Assembly: GCA_951406725.2 (NCBI GenBank)
Contig: OX597839.1
Location: forward strand, 32,922,001 to 32,986,000
DNA: 64,000 nt
Reading direction: 5' to 3'
Origin: Octopus vulgaris
Taxonomy: Eukaryota
In this document: positions 1-12,375 of the stretch, piece by piece
How the letters are laid out: each line of letters opens with the position of its first letter
How positions within the stretch are numbered: position 1 is the stretch's first letter
Translations under genes and position numbers: made by a program
The notes under the pieces: model-generated
Told to the model about the DNA's origin: nothing
Databases searched by the model: none
Seen by the model: only the letters and a program-made list of their open reading frames with translations

Positions 1-41
<41 letters not shown>

Positions 42-497
42 AAATATTAAGATATATAATTTCAGTTTATCCTTACTATAAAAGCTAAATAAAAAATGCT
101 CACTAGTACAACTTTAATTTTACACACACAGTTGTAATAATGAAGTGAAATTATTTAATATGTGTGTTTCAGGTTCGTAACACGAAATGAATCCATTACG
201 TAATACTTTTCTCAGTTAAACTATTTCATTTATGCAATGGCTGCATCTCCTGTTACATATTACAAAAATCTGAAGCATAAGTCTTAAATGATTTCAAAAT
301 ATCCATATTTGGTTTGACTTCCTGATTACAACTTATATGACTTGATACCAGGACAAATCATTCGGTCGAGACTCCACTTATGTGGACGTTCTAGCAATGG
401 TTTGGAGTAGGTTGTTAGATTTGACACAAGTCAAAAATTCTAGTACTGTGCCCTGCTTCTTAGCAAAACACAAAATTTGTGTGTGTGTGTGTGTTTA

Positions 498-536
<39 letters not shown>

Positions 537-770
537 ATATATACATAGAGACAGAGAGAAAGAGAGATGCATATGTATATTTATGTGTGTGAATATATGC
601 ATATATATTTTTTTTTGTTGAACCCTAATTATAATTATACTCATAATTATAAAAAAATTGCTGTTTAAGTTTACCGATAATGGTTCTTTTAACATGCCAA
701 AACTACTTGGTAAAATTATTAATAATTAATAATTATTAATTAATTAATTAATTTTACCCTTTATTATTAT

Positions 771-772
<2 letters not shown>

Positions 773-841
<69 letters not shown>

Positions 842-850
842 ATATATATG

Positions 851-900
<50 letters not shown>
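773..900. repeat. (TA)n microsatellite just downstream of the stop codon
   Basis: Direct reading. Confidence 0.95.
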
Positions 901-906
<6 letters not shown>

Positions 907-969
907 ATAATTTATGAATAAATTATTTTGGACTACTTTTAATTTGAAAGGAAAGAAAGGAAAAAACAA

Positions 970-2454
970 TCATCTGCTAAATTTATGACTTCTCAATCGT
1001 GGGGCAGGTCTTGCATATAATTCCGAATAATCAGTGTGGGGCTGAGGATAGTTCATATTTAAATTCATGTTACTATTGTACGGCCGTTGTGGGTATTGGA
1101 CTCCCTGCGGATAACCCCTGCTATGATTAGGGACAAGAAGATCATCTCTGTAGTAGCCATGTCCTGGATGGTTGAGCTGAGCTTGATACCGGAATACTTG
1201 CGGGGACACGTCATAATCGGGCGGAATTTCATATTTTGGTTTTGGCATTGTGGGCAGAGGGTTTCTAGGAGGATTGGAGTGGCGTGATGATCCACTGCGA
1301 TCGGAAGATACCGTGTTGTTTTTAGATTCGTTCTGTGGATAACGCTTATCAAATTGGAAAACGGCATTTTGCTCATGGTATGATATCTTTCTCTCTGGTG
1401 ATGTTGGAACCATCGAAGGTAGAGCACTGTTTCTGGTGCCACTATCACTTCCATGTGTGGAACCAGGCCTTTGATGCCTGTTATCCCTCAAATGCACTAA
1501 TTCTGGTGAACGAGGACTTTTGCTTTCAGGAGAAATAGATGAACTGGCTGGAGATTTTCTTATAGGGTAAAGAGGATAAGGTGAGCGCGGGCCTTGTCCA
1601 TTAGTACCATCATCATCATCATTGTTGTCATCGTCGACGTCATCATCATCATCATCATCCTCATCATCATCATCATTATCCTTAAAGTGGGATCTAAGTG
1701 CACCTACAACTCTTTCATTGCGGCACTTTCGTGTCCCCATTTTATCTATATGGCCTTGTTTCCGTCGAACGGTGTCGTAATCCTTTGCTGGAAGTAAGAT
1801 CGGAGTAGCTTTTGTCTTAAACTTTAGTTTTAATTCATCGGTGATTGCTTGTACCTGTGGGTCCTCTTGAACAACCGGCACATTCTCGTCAGATGCTGCA
1901 TTGCTTGAAGAGCCCCCACTCGAAACCGTTCCCGTTAAAGGTGATTTTGGTTGTATAGGAGGAGAGTTCCCTACAACTTCTCTACGTAGAAAGTCTTCAA
2001 TGTGTCTCACATGTGACAGATGGGCCTCCGTGGTGGTCATGAAGTGGATGTTCTGTACAAAATGTGAAGCAGTTGATGGTGAGTCAAATCGGTAAACGTG
2101 CACTTGTAGAAAATGCGCCTTCAGTGCATTGCGGTTGCGATAGATGCATGCCACTATGTCTGAGTCCATGCATTCTAAGGCCACAAACATTATGTCTTCG
2201 AGCATAATGGGAAAAATCCTTGGATTCGACGGCTTCTTCTTTGAATTATCATTGATTGGTGATACCTCAAGGCCTTCACTGTTTATTTTCAATGTCAATT
2301 TCGGAAGATTTGAATGTTCTTTCAATCTCTTTTTCAGTTCGGTAATCGCTGGTGTTGTGTACTCGGAACCTTGGATTCCAGTGCATGGTAACCAGCCAAG
2401 GAATTGAACATAAAATTGCCGACTGGACAACTGTTCCTTTTTTTTCCGAAACAT
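970..2454 (-). CDS. PTB/PID (phosphotyrosine-interaction) domain adaptor-like protein, 494 aa, single coding exon
   Basis: Long non-repetitive ORF. The N-terminal ~150 aa follow the PTB pattern (FYVQFLGW..C.G...T..AI.ELK, LTLKINSEGLEV, IMFVA, IVACIY, VHVYRFDSPSTA..F). Then Ser-rich, poly-Asp and Pro/Tyr-rich low-complexity tail. In-frame TGA at 2524-2526 upstream supports ATG 2452-2454 as start. Confidence 0.88.
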   Translation of the reverse strand: MFRKKKEQLSSRQFYVQFLGWLPCTGIQGSEYTTPAITELKKRLKEHSNLPKLTLKINSEGLEVSPINDNSKKKPSNPRIFPIMLEDIMFVALECMDSDIVACIYRNRNALKAHFLQVHVYRFDSPSTASHFVQNIHFMTTTEAHLSHVRHIEDFLRREVVGNSPPIQPKSPLTGTVSSGGSSSNAASDENVPVVQEDPQVQAITDELKLKFKTKATPILLPAKDYDTVRRKQGHIDKMGTRKCRNERVVGALRSHFKDNDDDDEDDDDDDDVDDDNNDDDDGTNGQGPRSPYPLYPIRKSPASSSISPESKSPRSPELVHLRDNRHQRPGSTHGSDSGTRNSALPSMVPTSPERKISYHEQNAVFQFDKRYPQNESKNNTVSSDRSGSSRHSNPPRNPLPTMPKPKYEIPPDYDVSPQVFRYQAQLNHPGHGYYRDDLLVPNHSRGYPQGVQYPQRPYNSNMNLNMNYPQPHTDYSELYARPAPRLRSHKFSR

Positions 2455-2575
2455 TCTTTGGCTTTTATTCTTCTTTCCCTTCTTTTTCTGGAACTTCTGT
2501 GTCCTCTTATCTCTCGATTGCAGTCAGTTCTGCCAAAGACAGGCACCAAGTGTGAAACCAAACTCAGTTGAAGAT

Positions 2576-2600
2576 CTAAAACAAGAAGAGAAACACAAAA
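2576..2600 (-). promoter_or_regulatory. Splice acceptor for the coding exon (polypyrimidine tract + AG)
   Basis: Minus strand reads ttttgtgtttctcttcttgttttAG|atcttcaac, about 120 nt upstream of the ATG. Confidence 0.7.
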
Positions 2601-2649
2601 AATTGAAATATGTAAATATATACAGATGTTATATATACATTATATATGC

Positions 2650-2654
<5 letters not shown>

Positions 2655-2731
<77 letters not shown>

Positions 2732-2772
2732 GTAATGATAATAATAATAATAGTAATGATAAAAATAATAAC

Positions 2773-2819
<47 letters not shown>

Positions 2820-2876
2820 TAATAATAATAATAATAGTAATGATAATAATAATAATAATAATAATAGTAATATAAA

Positions 2877-2936
<60 letters not shown>

Positions 2937-2999
2937 TAATAATAATAATAATAGCTTAATAATAATAATAATAATAATAGTAATGATAAAAATAATAAC

Positions 3000-3043
<44 letters not shown>

Positions 3044-3080
3044 TAATAATAATAATAATAGTAATGATAAAAATAATAAC

Positions 3081-3145
<65 letters not shown>

Positions 3146-3165
3146 TAATAATAATAATAATAATG

Positions 3166-3214
<49 letters not shown>

Positions 3215-3227
3215 TAAAAATAATAAC

Positions 3228-3271
<44 letters not shown>
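2655..3271. repeat. (AAT)n microsatellite, ~600 bp, with repeated AGT/GAT/AAC interruptions
   Basis: Direct reading; source of the poly-N/I/L/Y ORFs. Confidence 0.97.
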
Positions 3272-3274
<3 letters not shown>

Positions 3275-4059
3275 GCCCTGATGCAGTACCAGGCAGTGGC
3301 TGGCTTCTGATCTTAACATTGAAGTCCAATCTTGTTTTGTCTTGGTATAAAAGATGGGCTACAGCAAATATTCTGCTCAATACCACAGATTTGCTTGTCA
3401 GTTGTTTGGCCTTAACCAGTTGAGCATGTCCCTTAGACGATATGTGCATCTCTGATCACGAGCAGAAGTAGTGGGGAGCATCATAGCCAAGAGGGATCTT
3501 TGGGGTTTGAATAACCACCTCTGGAAACATAGGTGTTTTGTTCAACATCCTAAAGCAACCCTTAGGACCTTTGAGCAGGATGGGCTACTCAACCTGAAGA
3601 AAATTCTAACTGGGCCCCACCTGCAAGGTCATGTGCCGTTTATCTTGATATGAGATCACCATGTCGCGCAGGCGTGTATGTGCTGGATTTATCAGACGGG
3701 TAAATGGTAAATATTTTACCCCAGTGTCACTTTGATGGCATGAACTGCTCTCTCACCTAATAATAATAATAATAATAATCATCGTTTAACTCCGCTTTCC
3801 ATGCTAATGGGTGGGCGAGACTGAGGACTGGCAACCAGATGGCTGCACCAGACTCCAATCTTGATCTGCAGAGTTTCTACAGCTGGAGTGCTAATTATTT
3901 TTTACGTGCCACCGGCACGAGGCCAGGCAGGCGGTACTGGATGAAAGGTAAATTTGCCTTTGGTGGAACTTGACTCACAATGTGCAGACAGATGAAATAA
4001 TTATTTTACTAGCTCACCATCTTAATCATCAATAATAATAATAATAATAAGAAGAAGAA

Positions 4060-4550
4060 GAAGAAGACCAAAACAATAAAGTTTGCTTATTGATCGACAT
4101 GAGCATCCCCTGTGATCATAATATCTCGGTGAAAGAGTTTGACAAGCTCAGAAAGTATAAAGACCTGCTCATTGAAATTGAGAAAATGTGGCATCTCAAG
4201 GCGGTTACAATACCAGTGATCGTAGGAGCACTAGGAATGATCAAGAAGGGAACCGAAAATTATATGAGAATGATCCCTGGCTTACCATCCCTGCAAGAAG
4301 TGCAAAAGATTGTCTTAACTGGTACATCACACGTATTGAGAAGAGCATTGTCGATGTGAGAACTATTACTACCCATGTATTTTAATTTAACTTTATTTCT
4401 ATAAAAAAAAAAAAAATTAACGAACTAGTGAGTTTAGTTTAATGGTCTACCAATGTATACTATGAGTTTCTTTGCCCTAGGAGTCGGGAAGACACTCGGC
4501 AAGAAATGGAAGCAAATTTGAAAGAAGAAAAAATAAAGATAATAATAATA
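4060..4550 (+). mobile_element. 5'-truncated R4/Dong-type non-LTR retrotransposon (restriction-like endonuclease C-terminus + 3' UTR)
   Basis: Translates to LIDMSIPCDHNISVKEFDKLRKYKDL..EIEKMW....TIPVIVGALG..LQEVQKIVLTGTSHVLRRAL; (TAA)n on both sides. Confidence 0.85.
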
Positions 4551-4554
4551 ACAA

Positions 4555-5320
4555 CGGTTTCGTTTATTTGCCGCCAGGATAAAGGATGAGGGGGGACAAA
4601 ACAAAGATAGACATAAAGTGGGGGGGGGGGGGTTACATATAATAATGAAATGATAAAAAGAAAGGAAAGAAAGAAAGAAAGTAAGTATATACTGAAAAAG
4701 AGGAGATATATATGCATAGTATACAAAAATTAAAGAAAAATAAAGTTGGCTGGGAGGATGATAGAGACGTGGCCTTCCTGATACAGGAATGCCTTGAGGG
4801 GTAATCGAGGAACCCCACTGTCCGAGATCTCCCTGAAACCCCTAGAGCGAGTGACCTTTCCAATTCCTTCTCCCTGACTTAAAGGTCTACACTTAGAGAC
4901 GTACCATCCACTCTTGCCATTTTCGCAACTTTCACTCACCTTTCGATAAATTCATTCGAGGACAGCACTTCACTCTCCACTCTCAATTTCCTTTTCGAGT
5001 GAAACTTGAAAAGGTCAGTGAGAGCTCTACCAAAGAGGAAAGGATCTGTCCTCATGCCTTTCAGCCTTGTCCACCAAACAACTTCTTTCGCCACTGCCAC
5101 CAGGCAAAGGAGAACTGCCTTGCCTGCCTGATTGAAGGAGGGTGGCGGTGCAATCACCGCTACAGACTTGGCCGACAGACGGATCCTGCCCACACCTGAC
5201 AACAACTGCTCAACATAACCCCACGAGTCAGCAATGCCCGGACACTGAATGAGGGCGTGCAGAACGGTTTCCTCACTTAGCGCGCACCTCAGACAAGTCT
5301 GTCTGGCAACACATCCATTC
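4555..5320 (-). mobile_element. 5'-truncated Tx1/L1-group LINE (ORF2 C-terminus + 3' UTR)
   Basis: Minus strand translates TCLRCALSEETVLHALIQCPG (CCHC zinc knuckle) then VAVAKEVVWWTRLKG; internal stop; pyrimidine-rich 3' UTR. Confidence 0.75.
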
Positions 5321-5970
5321 CTGTAGAGAAGTGGTTCTCAAACTTTTTGGGGGTTGCTGTGCCTGTGGCACCCAGGCCATATTCCTAGTGCCCTCACCCC
5401 CAACTAACCACCACAAACACAGACCCCTTTCTGAAGCAAATTCAGAGCGACTGTATTTCACAAATAAAACATAATCTCATGAACTCATTATTTTGTTGTT
5501 TTTACATGAATCATAACCCCGCTCCATTTTCTTCAATGCCCTCTTGGAGATTTTCAGCATCCCCCTGGCACGTTTTAGGCTATGGAGATTCCGATTCTGA
5601 AAAATTTTTTTTCAAAAATCACAACTTCAAACTCCCCCCCCCCCCCCACTGCTCCCCATTTCTTAATTTTTCGCTTTTTCCGGAAATTTTTTTTTTTGGG
5701 GTGAAATACATACAAAAAAAAAAATACGGAGATTATGACTCTGAAAAAAAAAAAAAAGAAGCACGTTTGGAAAATTTCAATTTTTTTAACCCCCACCCCC
5801 ACCTCCCAGCATGCTATTCACATGCCAGAAATAACATCCAAATCTCACAAAACTGCGATAACATAAGGAATTTAAATGTATAATCAATCTATTTGCCTTT
5901 CTGCATAGATTTCTTTCAGAGTAATTTCCCCGCAGTAATTACGACAAAGTGAAATTAAAATATTCCTTTT

Positions 5971-6409
5971 TGGCAATCTTCCGTCTCTAGTAGACCTTTC
6001 CGTCGATTTCCGTAAATAAATTTTTATTTTTTATTTTTTTTACATATGGGCTTGCGGGAACTTTTGAAGTAATGAGAGCGAAAGAGACTAAGAGAAAGCG
6101 ATTGTATGACGAGGGAAGTTCTTTTGAAGTTACCGTGCATGGACTCTCTGTCTCTTCACACACACTAACAGAAGCACTTCACTTACACAACATACTTTCT
6201 GTCTCCCACACCCCATCAAACACACACACACATGTACATTAATGCTCCCATGCACGGTAACTTCAAAAGAACTTCCCTCGTCATAGAATCGCTTTCTCTT
6301 AGTCTCTTTCGCTCTCATTACTTCAAAAGTTCCCGCAAGCCCATATGTAAAAAAAGAAAATTTTTTTACGGAAATCGACGGAAAGGTCTAATAGAGACGA
6401 AAGATCGCC
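5971..6409. mobile_element. Fold-back/MITE-like element with ~165-bp inverted arms
   Basis: 5971-6142 is the reverse complement of 6248-6409, around a ~105-bp spacer. Confidence 0.75.
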
Positions 6410-7308
6410 TCCTTTTTTTTTTTAATTGTTTTGAAAGTTAGAAAAAAAAAAAAAATAAGAGTTCCACAAAGTTCCTTCCGACCATGTGGCCATTTCAGTT
6501 GCTCATTACTGCGGTTCAAATTACACACAAGGTGCTCCCTCGGCACTTGTAGAATTCCCTTTTTTATGCCCCTGTACTCTAACCAACCATGCTTTTAAGA
6601 ATCGAACCCTTTTGGGTTTATGAGGTGAGTAAAAAACGTTTTGTAAATATTTTCAGTCAATTAATATTTGATTTTACTTCGTAGCATGACACGCTTTGGA
6701 ATTTTTATCAAGTTTTATTCGTTTGTATTTTCCTTTTTGCTAGACTGTTCCATATATGTGTATTTTATTCGCATATATAATAATAATAATAATAATGAAA
6801 TTATTGTATACAGTGCCCAGGTGCACCACAAATATATCTTTACTTTCTGTGGTTTTATGTATATGTACAAAACAAGCACCTGAGAAATATTGGCGCCAAT
6901 ATTTCTTTGGCGCCTGTTTCGTCAGAATGTTTCGAGACATTGTCTTGTCACAAAAAGGTCAAAAATTTACGAACTTGATCGATTTGTGACTAAACCTTCA
7001 TTTAATATCATTTTATACCAACTTTATTATCAATTATATAGATAATTGCAATTAAGGTCTGTAAAGAAAACTTATTTATTTGTACATTTTCATAAATGTT
7101 TCTCTTTTGCGACCAACATTACAAATACACGTAAATTTCTTGGGAGCTGAACAATCTATAGAGCTGGGCCCAATAGACTACCCCTGACCCCTTTTCTACG
7201 TTTCAAGGAATGCTTCAATAGTATCTAAGTGTTTCATCCATCAGTGCCATGCTGACAACATATTAATTGAAAGGGGACTTCCACCTTCCCAGGGTTAATT
7301 GGTCCACA

Positions 7309-7617
7309 GTGCCGGTGGCACGTAAAAAGTTCGTGTCCGTTGCCAGCCTCGCCTGGCCCCCGTGCCGGTGGCACATAAAAAGCACCATCCGTTCGTAGCC
7401 GTTTGCCATCTCTGTCTGGCACCTGTGCGGGTGGCACGTAAGAAGCACCCACTACACTCACGGAGTGGTTGGCGTTAGGAAGGGCATCCAGCCGTAGAAA
7501 CACTGCCAGATCTGACTAGGTCTGATGAAGCCTTCGGGCTTCCCAGACCCCAGTTGAACCGTCCAACCCATGCTAGCATGGAAAGCGGACGCTAAACGAT
7601 GATGATGATGATGATGA
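7309..7617 (+). mobile_element. RTE-LINE 3' UTR fragment ending in (GAT)n
   Basis: Same 3' end as the ORF-bearing copy at 31307-32103 (gagtggttggcgttaggaagggcatccagc...catgctagcatggaaagcggacgctaaacgatgatg). Confidence 0.8.
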
Positions 7618-8812
7618 CAGACAGCTTGAAAGCGGGTTTTCTCATCTCGACCCCCATTCGTGCAGAATACTTAGAAATAGAAGAGCGATTATTAAAAGAA
7701 ATAAAAAGGATCAACAAGAAAGTAAAGCATGGTGACCATCATTAACGCTGATGTAGAAACTGGAGTCCGTGGGAAGAGTGAATGTTTCAGGACCAACATA
7801 ACCCAACATGTTGTGGTTGAGGGGTTTTTGCAATTAAGAAAGTTATGTAAAAAGTAGATTTTTAAAAAATTTCTCTTTTGGTAATTCGTATTTAGAAAGT
7901 TGATCCTCGATTTGGTTGTTGTTTCTAGCTTGTCAGATTTTCGATTTGAAGATTTTTGAAAACTCCCAAAATACGTTTTCAAAATTTGCCCCTCTGCCAA
8001 AGAAAAAAAAGGATTGGGGAAATTTCACTTTCTGTTAAAGGGTGGAAGGGAGGGGTATTTATTAAATTTTTTTAGAATCAAAATCTCCGTAATATTTCGC
8101 CAAAATATATTTCTAAATTAAGAAATTAGTGTTGTGTGTGTGTGTTAAATTTTGATATTTTTTCTTCTTTGGTAATTCGTAAATTTTTGCAATGCAGAGT
8201 TTTTTGCAGATTCGGAATCTCCGCATTCGATATAAGTGGGTTCCTGTAAAAAAAAAACCCAATCCCAAAAGAGGTGCGATCCATTCTCTTTACCTTCGCC
8301 TTTATATGTCTAAGAACGATGGTAATATTTATATATGATCAAATGTTTGGAGGTATGGTGTTAGATATAAAGTCGTTGACTCGAATTTGATGTTTGTTCT
8401 ATGATCAATGTTTCTTTATCTCTGTCTCAATCACATTTGAGCACTTCTTTTTTGCAGTCCTATAAACCCTTTTGTTTCCATAAAAAGAGACAAAATTTCT
8501 TTTATTATATATATATAGGTATAATGGATAAACACTCCAGTTGGTCAGAACAACTTTATATCATTCTCAAATTATCAAAAATTTATTTATTTATTCATAT
8601 ATAAATATACGACATATCTTATAATTATAACGTAAAGTGTACTAGCCATCTGAATGTATGTGGTTAGCCACTGGGGGTGGGTGTTACTGAAGCTTATAGC
8701 CCCAGGAGATCATCGTCTCCAGCTGGCTTTAGACACACTTTTTGTGCTCTTCTGATATTCGCAAAGGGTGGTCATCCCCTCTCAAAAACCTAAGTGATAC
8801 ATACGGAATATA

Positions 8813-8838
8813 GTTTCGAGGTATTTGCCTCTCGTCAG
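8813..8838 (-). ncRNA. Hammerhead core with stem II; stems I/III unclear
   Basis: Minus strand CTGACGA-GAGG(CAAATA)CCTC-GAAAC. Confidence 0.5.
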
Positions 8839-8963
8839 GCAAAATATAAACCACTGCCTGAATCCAACTTTCCTAATAAAAGCTCGTACTAAAAATAACT
8901 ATACCCATCTGTCCACTACTAGATGTGAAATATGTATGTGTCTATGTATATATATATACAAAA

Positions 8964-9001
8964 CTGTCCGACGAACGGGAACGTGAAACTCCGAGTAACA
9001 G
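8964..9001 (+). ncRNA. Minimal type-I hammerhead ribozyme motif (U4C core)
   Basis: CTGT-CCGACGA-ACG(GGAA)CGT-GAAAC-TCCGA-GTA-ACAG: stems I, II and III pair; GUA cleavage triplet. Confidence 0.75.
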
Positions 9002-9108
9002 GTTTTTGTTGAATTTCTGCTGCTTTTAAATAAAGCATATTACTCTACCCCTGGTATTTCAGTACTCTTTTTTTTTCCACCTTGTTTCACATCTATGTGT
9101 TTACTCCG

Positions 9109-9164
<56 letters not shown>

Positions 9165-9404
9165 GAAATATGTTCCAAAAAGAAAATAGAAACTACACGT
9201 GGTAATGTAAAATCATCGAAAATGCACATTGTAAATAAAAAAGAAGTAAAGGCTTTTTATGAAAAGTAAGGAACACATTTCCTTTCATATACCTTTTCCT
9301 TTCTACAAAGTTGTACTCCTCTCAAACTCTATTGGTTGCTCCTATTTTGCCCTTATACACTCTTTAATAAGAATAATGTACTGTACCTACTAGTAACTGA
9401 TTCT

Positions 9405-9900
<496 letters not shown>

Positions 9901-9994
9901 TTTATCTATACTTGTATTAGTCCTCTGAACATTTTAGACCCTCTTTTAGACTCTCTGATGAAGCCTAGAGTGTTCTATGCATTTATATATATGA

Positions 9995-10331
9995 CTATGA
10001 CCCCTTTCAGTCATGAATGACCATGGGATTGCACCTAGAAATTTACCCTCCGAAGCACAAGTCCGGGCAATGTTGTTTATGGAAGACCAGCAGTCGCGCA
10101 TGCATATCAGCCTCTCTTCTCCATGCCACTGATGTTATCCAAGGGAAAGGCAAAGGGTTCGATACAGCTTGGCACCAGTCATGTCGCAACTCATTTCTAC
10201 AGCTGAGTGAACTGGAGCAACGTGAAATAAAGTGTCTTGCTCAAGAACACAACATGCAACCTGGCCCGGGAATTGAACTCACAACCTCACGATCGTAAAC
10301 TCGACGCTCTAACCACTGAGCCATACACCTT

Positions 10332-10333
<2 letters not shown>
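9995..10333 (-). mobile_element. tRNA-derived SINE, family D
   Basis: Minus-strand A box tggctcagtggttagagc, B box gagttcaattcc; homologous to 43700-44046. Confidence 0.8.
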
Positions 10334-10363
<30 letters not shown>

Positions 10364-10379
10364 CACATACACACACACT

Positions 10380-11712
10380 AGGGGAAGTTAAAAATTATCA
10401 GTGCTTTTGCTGAAATTTTCTTTAGGTTGGCCATATTTGGGTTGGCCTTTAGATCTTGCTAAAGGTTGATTGTCTTGTTTGTCTTTGATTGCTTCTGGTT
10501 TCTTTAAATGTGTTCCAGAGTAAACATCACTGCTCCACTGGCTGAGTGCACCAAGGAAGAACAGAGATCATTGATCCGATTTCTCTGTTTGAAGGAATCT
10601 CAAGGGTTGGAGTTCATTGTGGGCTTTCAGTATAACATGAAGACAACGTTCTTATTTCTTTATTGCCCACAAGGGGCTAAACATAGAGGGGACAAACAAG
10701 GACAGACAAAGGGATTAAGTCGATTACATCAACCCCAGTGCATAACTGGTACTTAATTTATCGACCCTAAAAGGATAAATCGCAAAGTCGACCTTGGCGG
10801 AATTTGAGCTCAGAACATAGTGGCCGATGAAAAACCGCTAAGCATTTCGCCCGGCGTGCTAACGATTCTACCAGCTCACCGCCTTATGAAGACAACATTC
10901 TACCATTTAGAAGAAAAGTTTATAAGTGGAACAAGATACAATAGGGCCTATATTGGAGCATAACCTGGAAAAGGAGGGGTGGTGGTCTATGATCACCAAT
11001 GTAGGCTGTGGTGAAATGAATGTTTGGTTGGCGAAAACAATGTGATGGACAACAAAAAACCTGGCTGATGACAGCCAAGGCTGATCTGGAACCCAACCTA
11101 GGCCCCCCATATCTATGGCGTTCGCCGCTGCAATAGGGAGTGGTTGGAGATCACGCGGTCGTTAGCCTCAAATTGCCAGGCCTGGTCGGCGTTTGTGAGA
11201 GATGCAGCATTGAGGATGAATGAAGCCAGCTCAACCCACCCCGGGTGAATGCTGTCTCAAGCAAGCTGTGGTGAAATGCTGGCCAATGAACTGAAACTAG
11301 CAATTCATGCCAAATGCTAAGATCTATTGTCAAAGCAAGTGTCAATGTTGTATGACAATACCTACCCACATATGACCACCCATTGAAAAATTGGGCTTTG
11401 AATTGCTGCAACTCCCTGTGTAAAGTCCAGATCTTGCCGCTTTTGACTATCACCTCTTTGGACAGCTCAGACATACCTTACGAGGTCATTGATTTGCTTC
11501 CGATGGAGAAGCACAGGAAGCAGTGCAGAATGGCTGTGCAACTGACCGAGAAACCTTCTTCTTTCATGGTGTAAGCAAGCTTGTAAACCACTGGAAGAGG
11601 TGCATCAGACAGCAAGGAGACTCTCAAAAGATGATGGAATTGCTCAATTCCTGTTTTTGGTTTCATAAAAAATAAATTACAGAAACAAGAGGGCATATAA
11701 TTTCTGAGTTCA

Positions 11713-11715
<3 letters not shown>
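10380..11715 (+). mobile_element. Degenerate mariner transposon remnant with nested insertions
   Basis: N-terminal CTKEEQRSLIRFL. C-terminal frame LYDNTYPH...LGFELLQLPV*SPDLAAFDYHLFGQLR...FFFHGVSKLVNHWKRCI (mariner HDNARPH and YSPDLAPSDYHLF motifs) with stops and frameshifts. Confidence 0.85.
10652..10885 (-). mobile_element. tRNA-derived SINE, family B, inserted in the mariner
   Basis: Family body gcctttcatcctttcggggtcgataaattaagtaccag; near-perfect TSD atgaagacaac(g/a)ttct. Other copies near 11941, 13540, 14194, 34178-34830, 52088, 53323, 55368. Confidence 0.85.
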
Positions 11716-11748
<33 letters not shown>

Positions 11749-12205
11749 TACTCCCACGGGCTAAACACAGAGGGGACTTATGTCTACTCTAGGCACAAGG
11801 CCTGAAATTTTTGGGGGAGAGCACCAGTCTATTAGATCGACTTCATTACGCAACTGGTACTTAATTTATCGACCCTGAAAGGATGAAAAGCAAAGTCAAC
11901 CTGGGTGGAATTTGAACTCAGAACGTAAATACAGTATATCTATTTCTTTACTACCCACAAGGGGCTAAACACAGAGGGGACAGACAAACGGATTAAGTGC
12001 GTAACTGGTACTTAATTTATCGACCCTGAAAGGATGAAAGGCAAAGTCAACCTCTGTGGAGTTTGAACTCAGAACATAGCAACAGACGAAATACCACGAA
12101 GCATTTCACCCGGTGTGCTAATGATTCTGCCAGCTCGCCATCTTCATATATAAAAATACTGGAATGAATGATAAGGCCACATATACCATCCAAAGGTAAC
12201 CCTTT

Positions 12206-12303
12206 TTCCTCTGGTGAAATTATACTCATGTCACATAAATGTAAATTTAATGTAAAAATTTGTAATTAAATTATTGAGTATTAATTGAAACGCCTGTAAG
12301 AAG
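12206..12303 (+). ncRNA. Degenerate hammerhead with long stem II
   Basis: TTCCT-CTGGTGA-AATTATACTCA...TGAGTATTAATT-GAAAC-GCCT-GTA-AGAAG (A6G in the core). Confidence 0.55.
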
Positions 12304-12375
12304 CGAAGGCGACCAATTTGTCAATAATAAACAATTAACATACTTATCTCCATTTTCTTTTCTTTTATATACATA

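Noticed and set aside
2552-3449. Long poly-N/I/L/Y ORFs
   Set aside because: Translations of an (AAT)n microsatellite.
7522-7540. CTGATGAAG hammerhead-like core
   Set aside because: A point variant of the RTE-tail sequence ctggtgcagcc; no GAAAC or stems. The same applies to 23947 in a MITE and 10825 in SINE B.
9165-9230. GAAAC-tacacgtg-GTA possible hammerhead relic
   Set aside because: 5' core too decayed to support.
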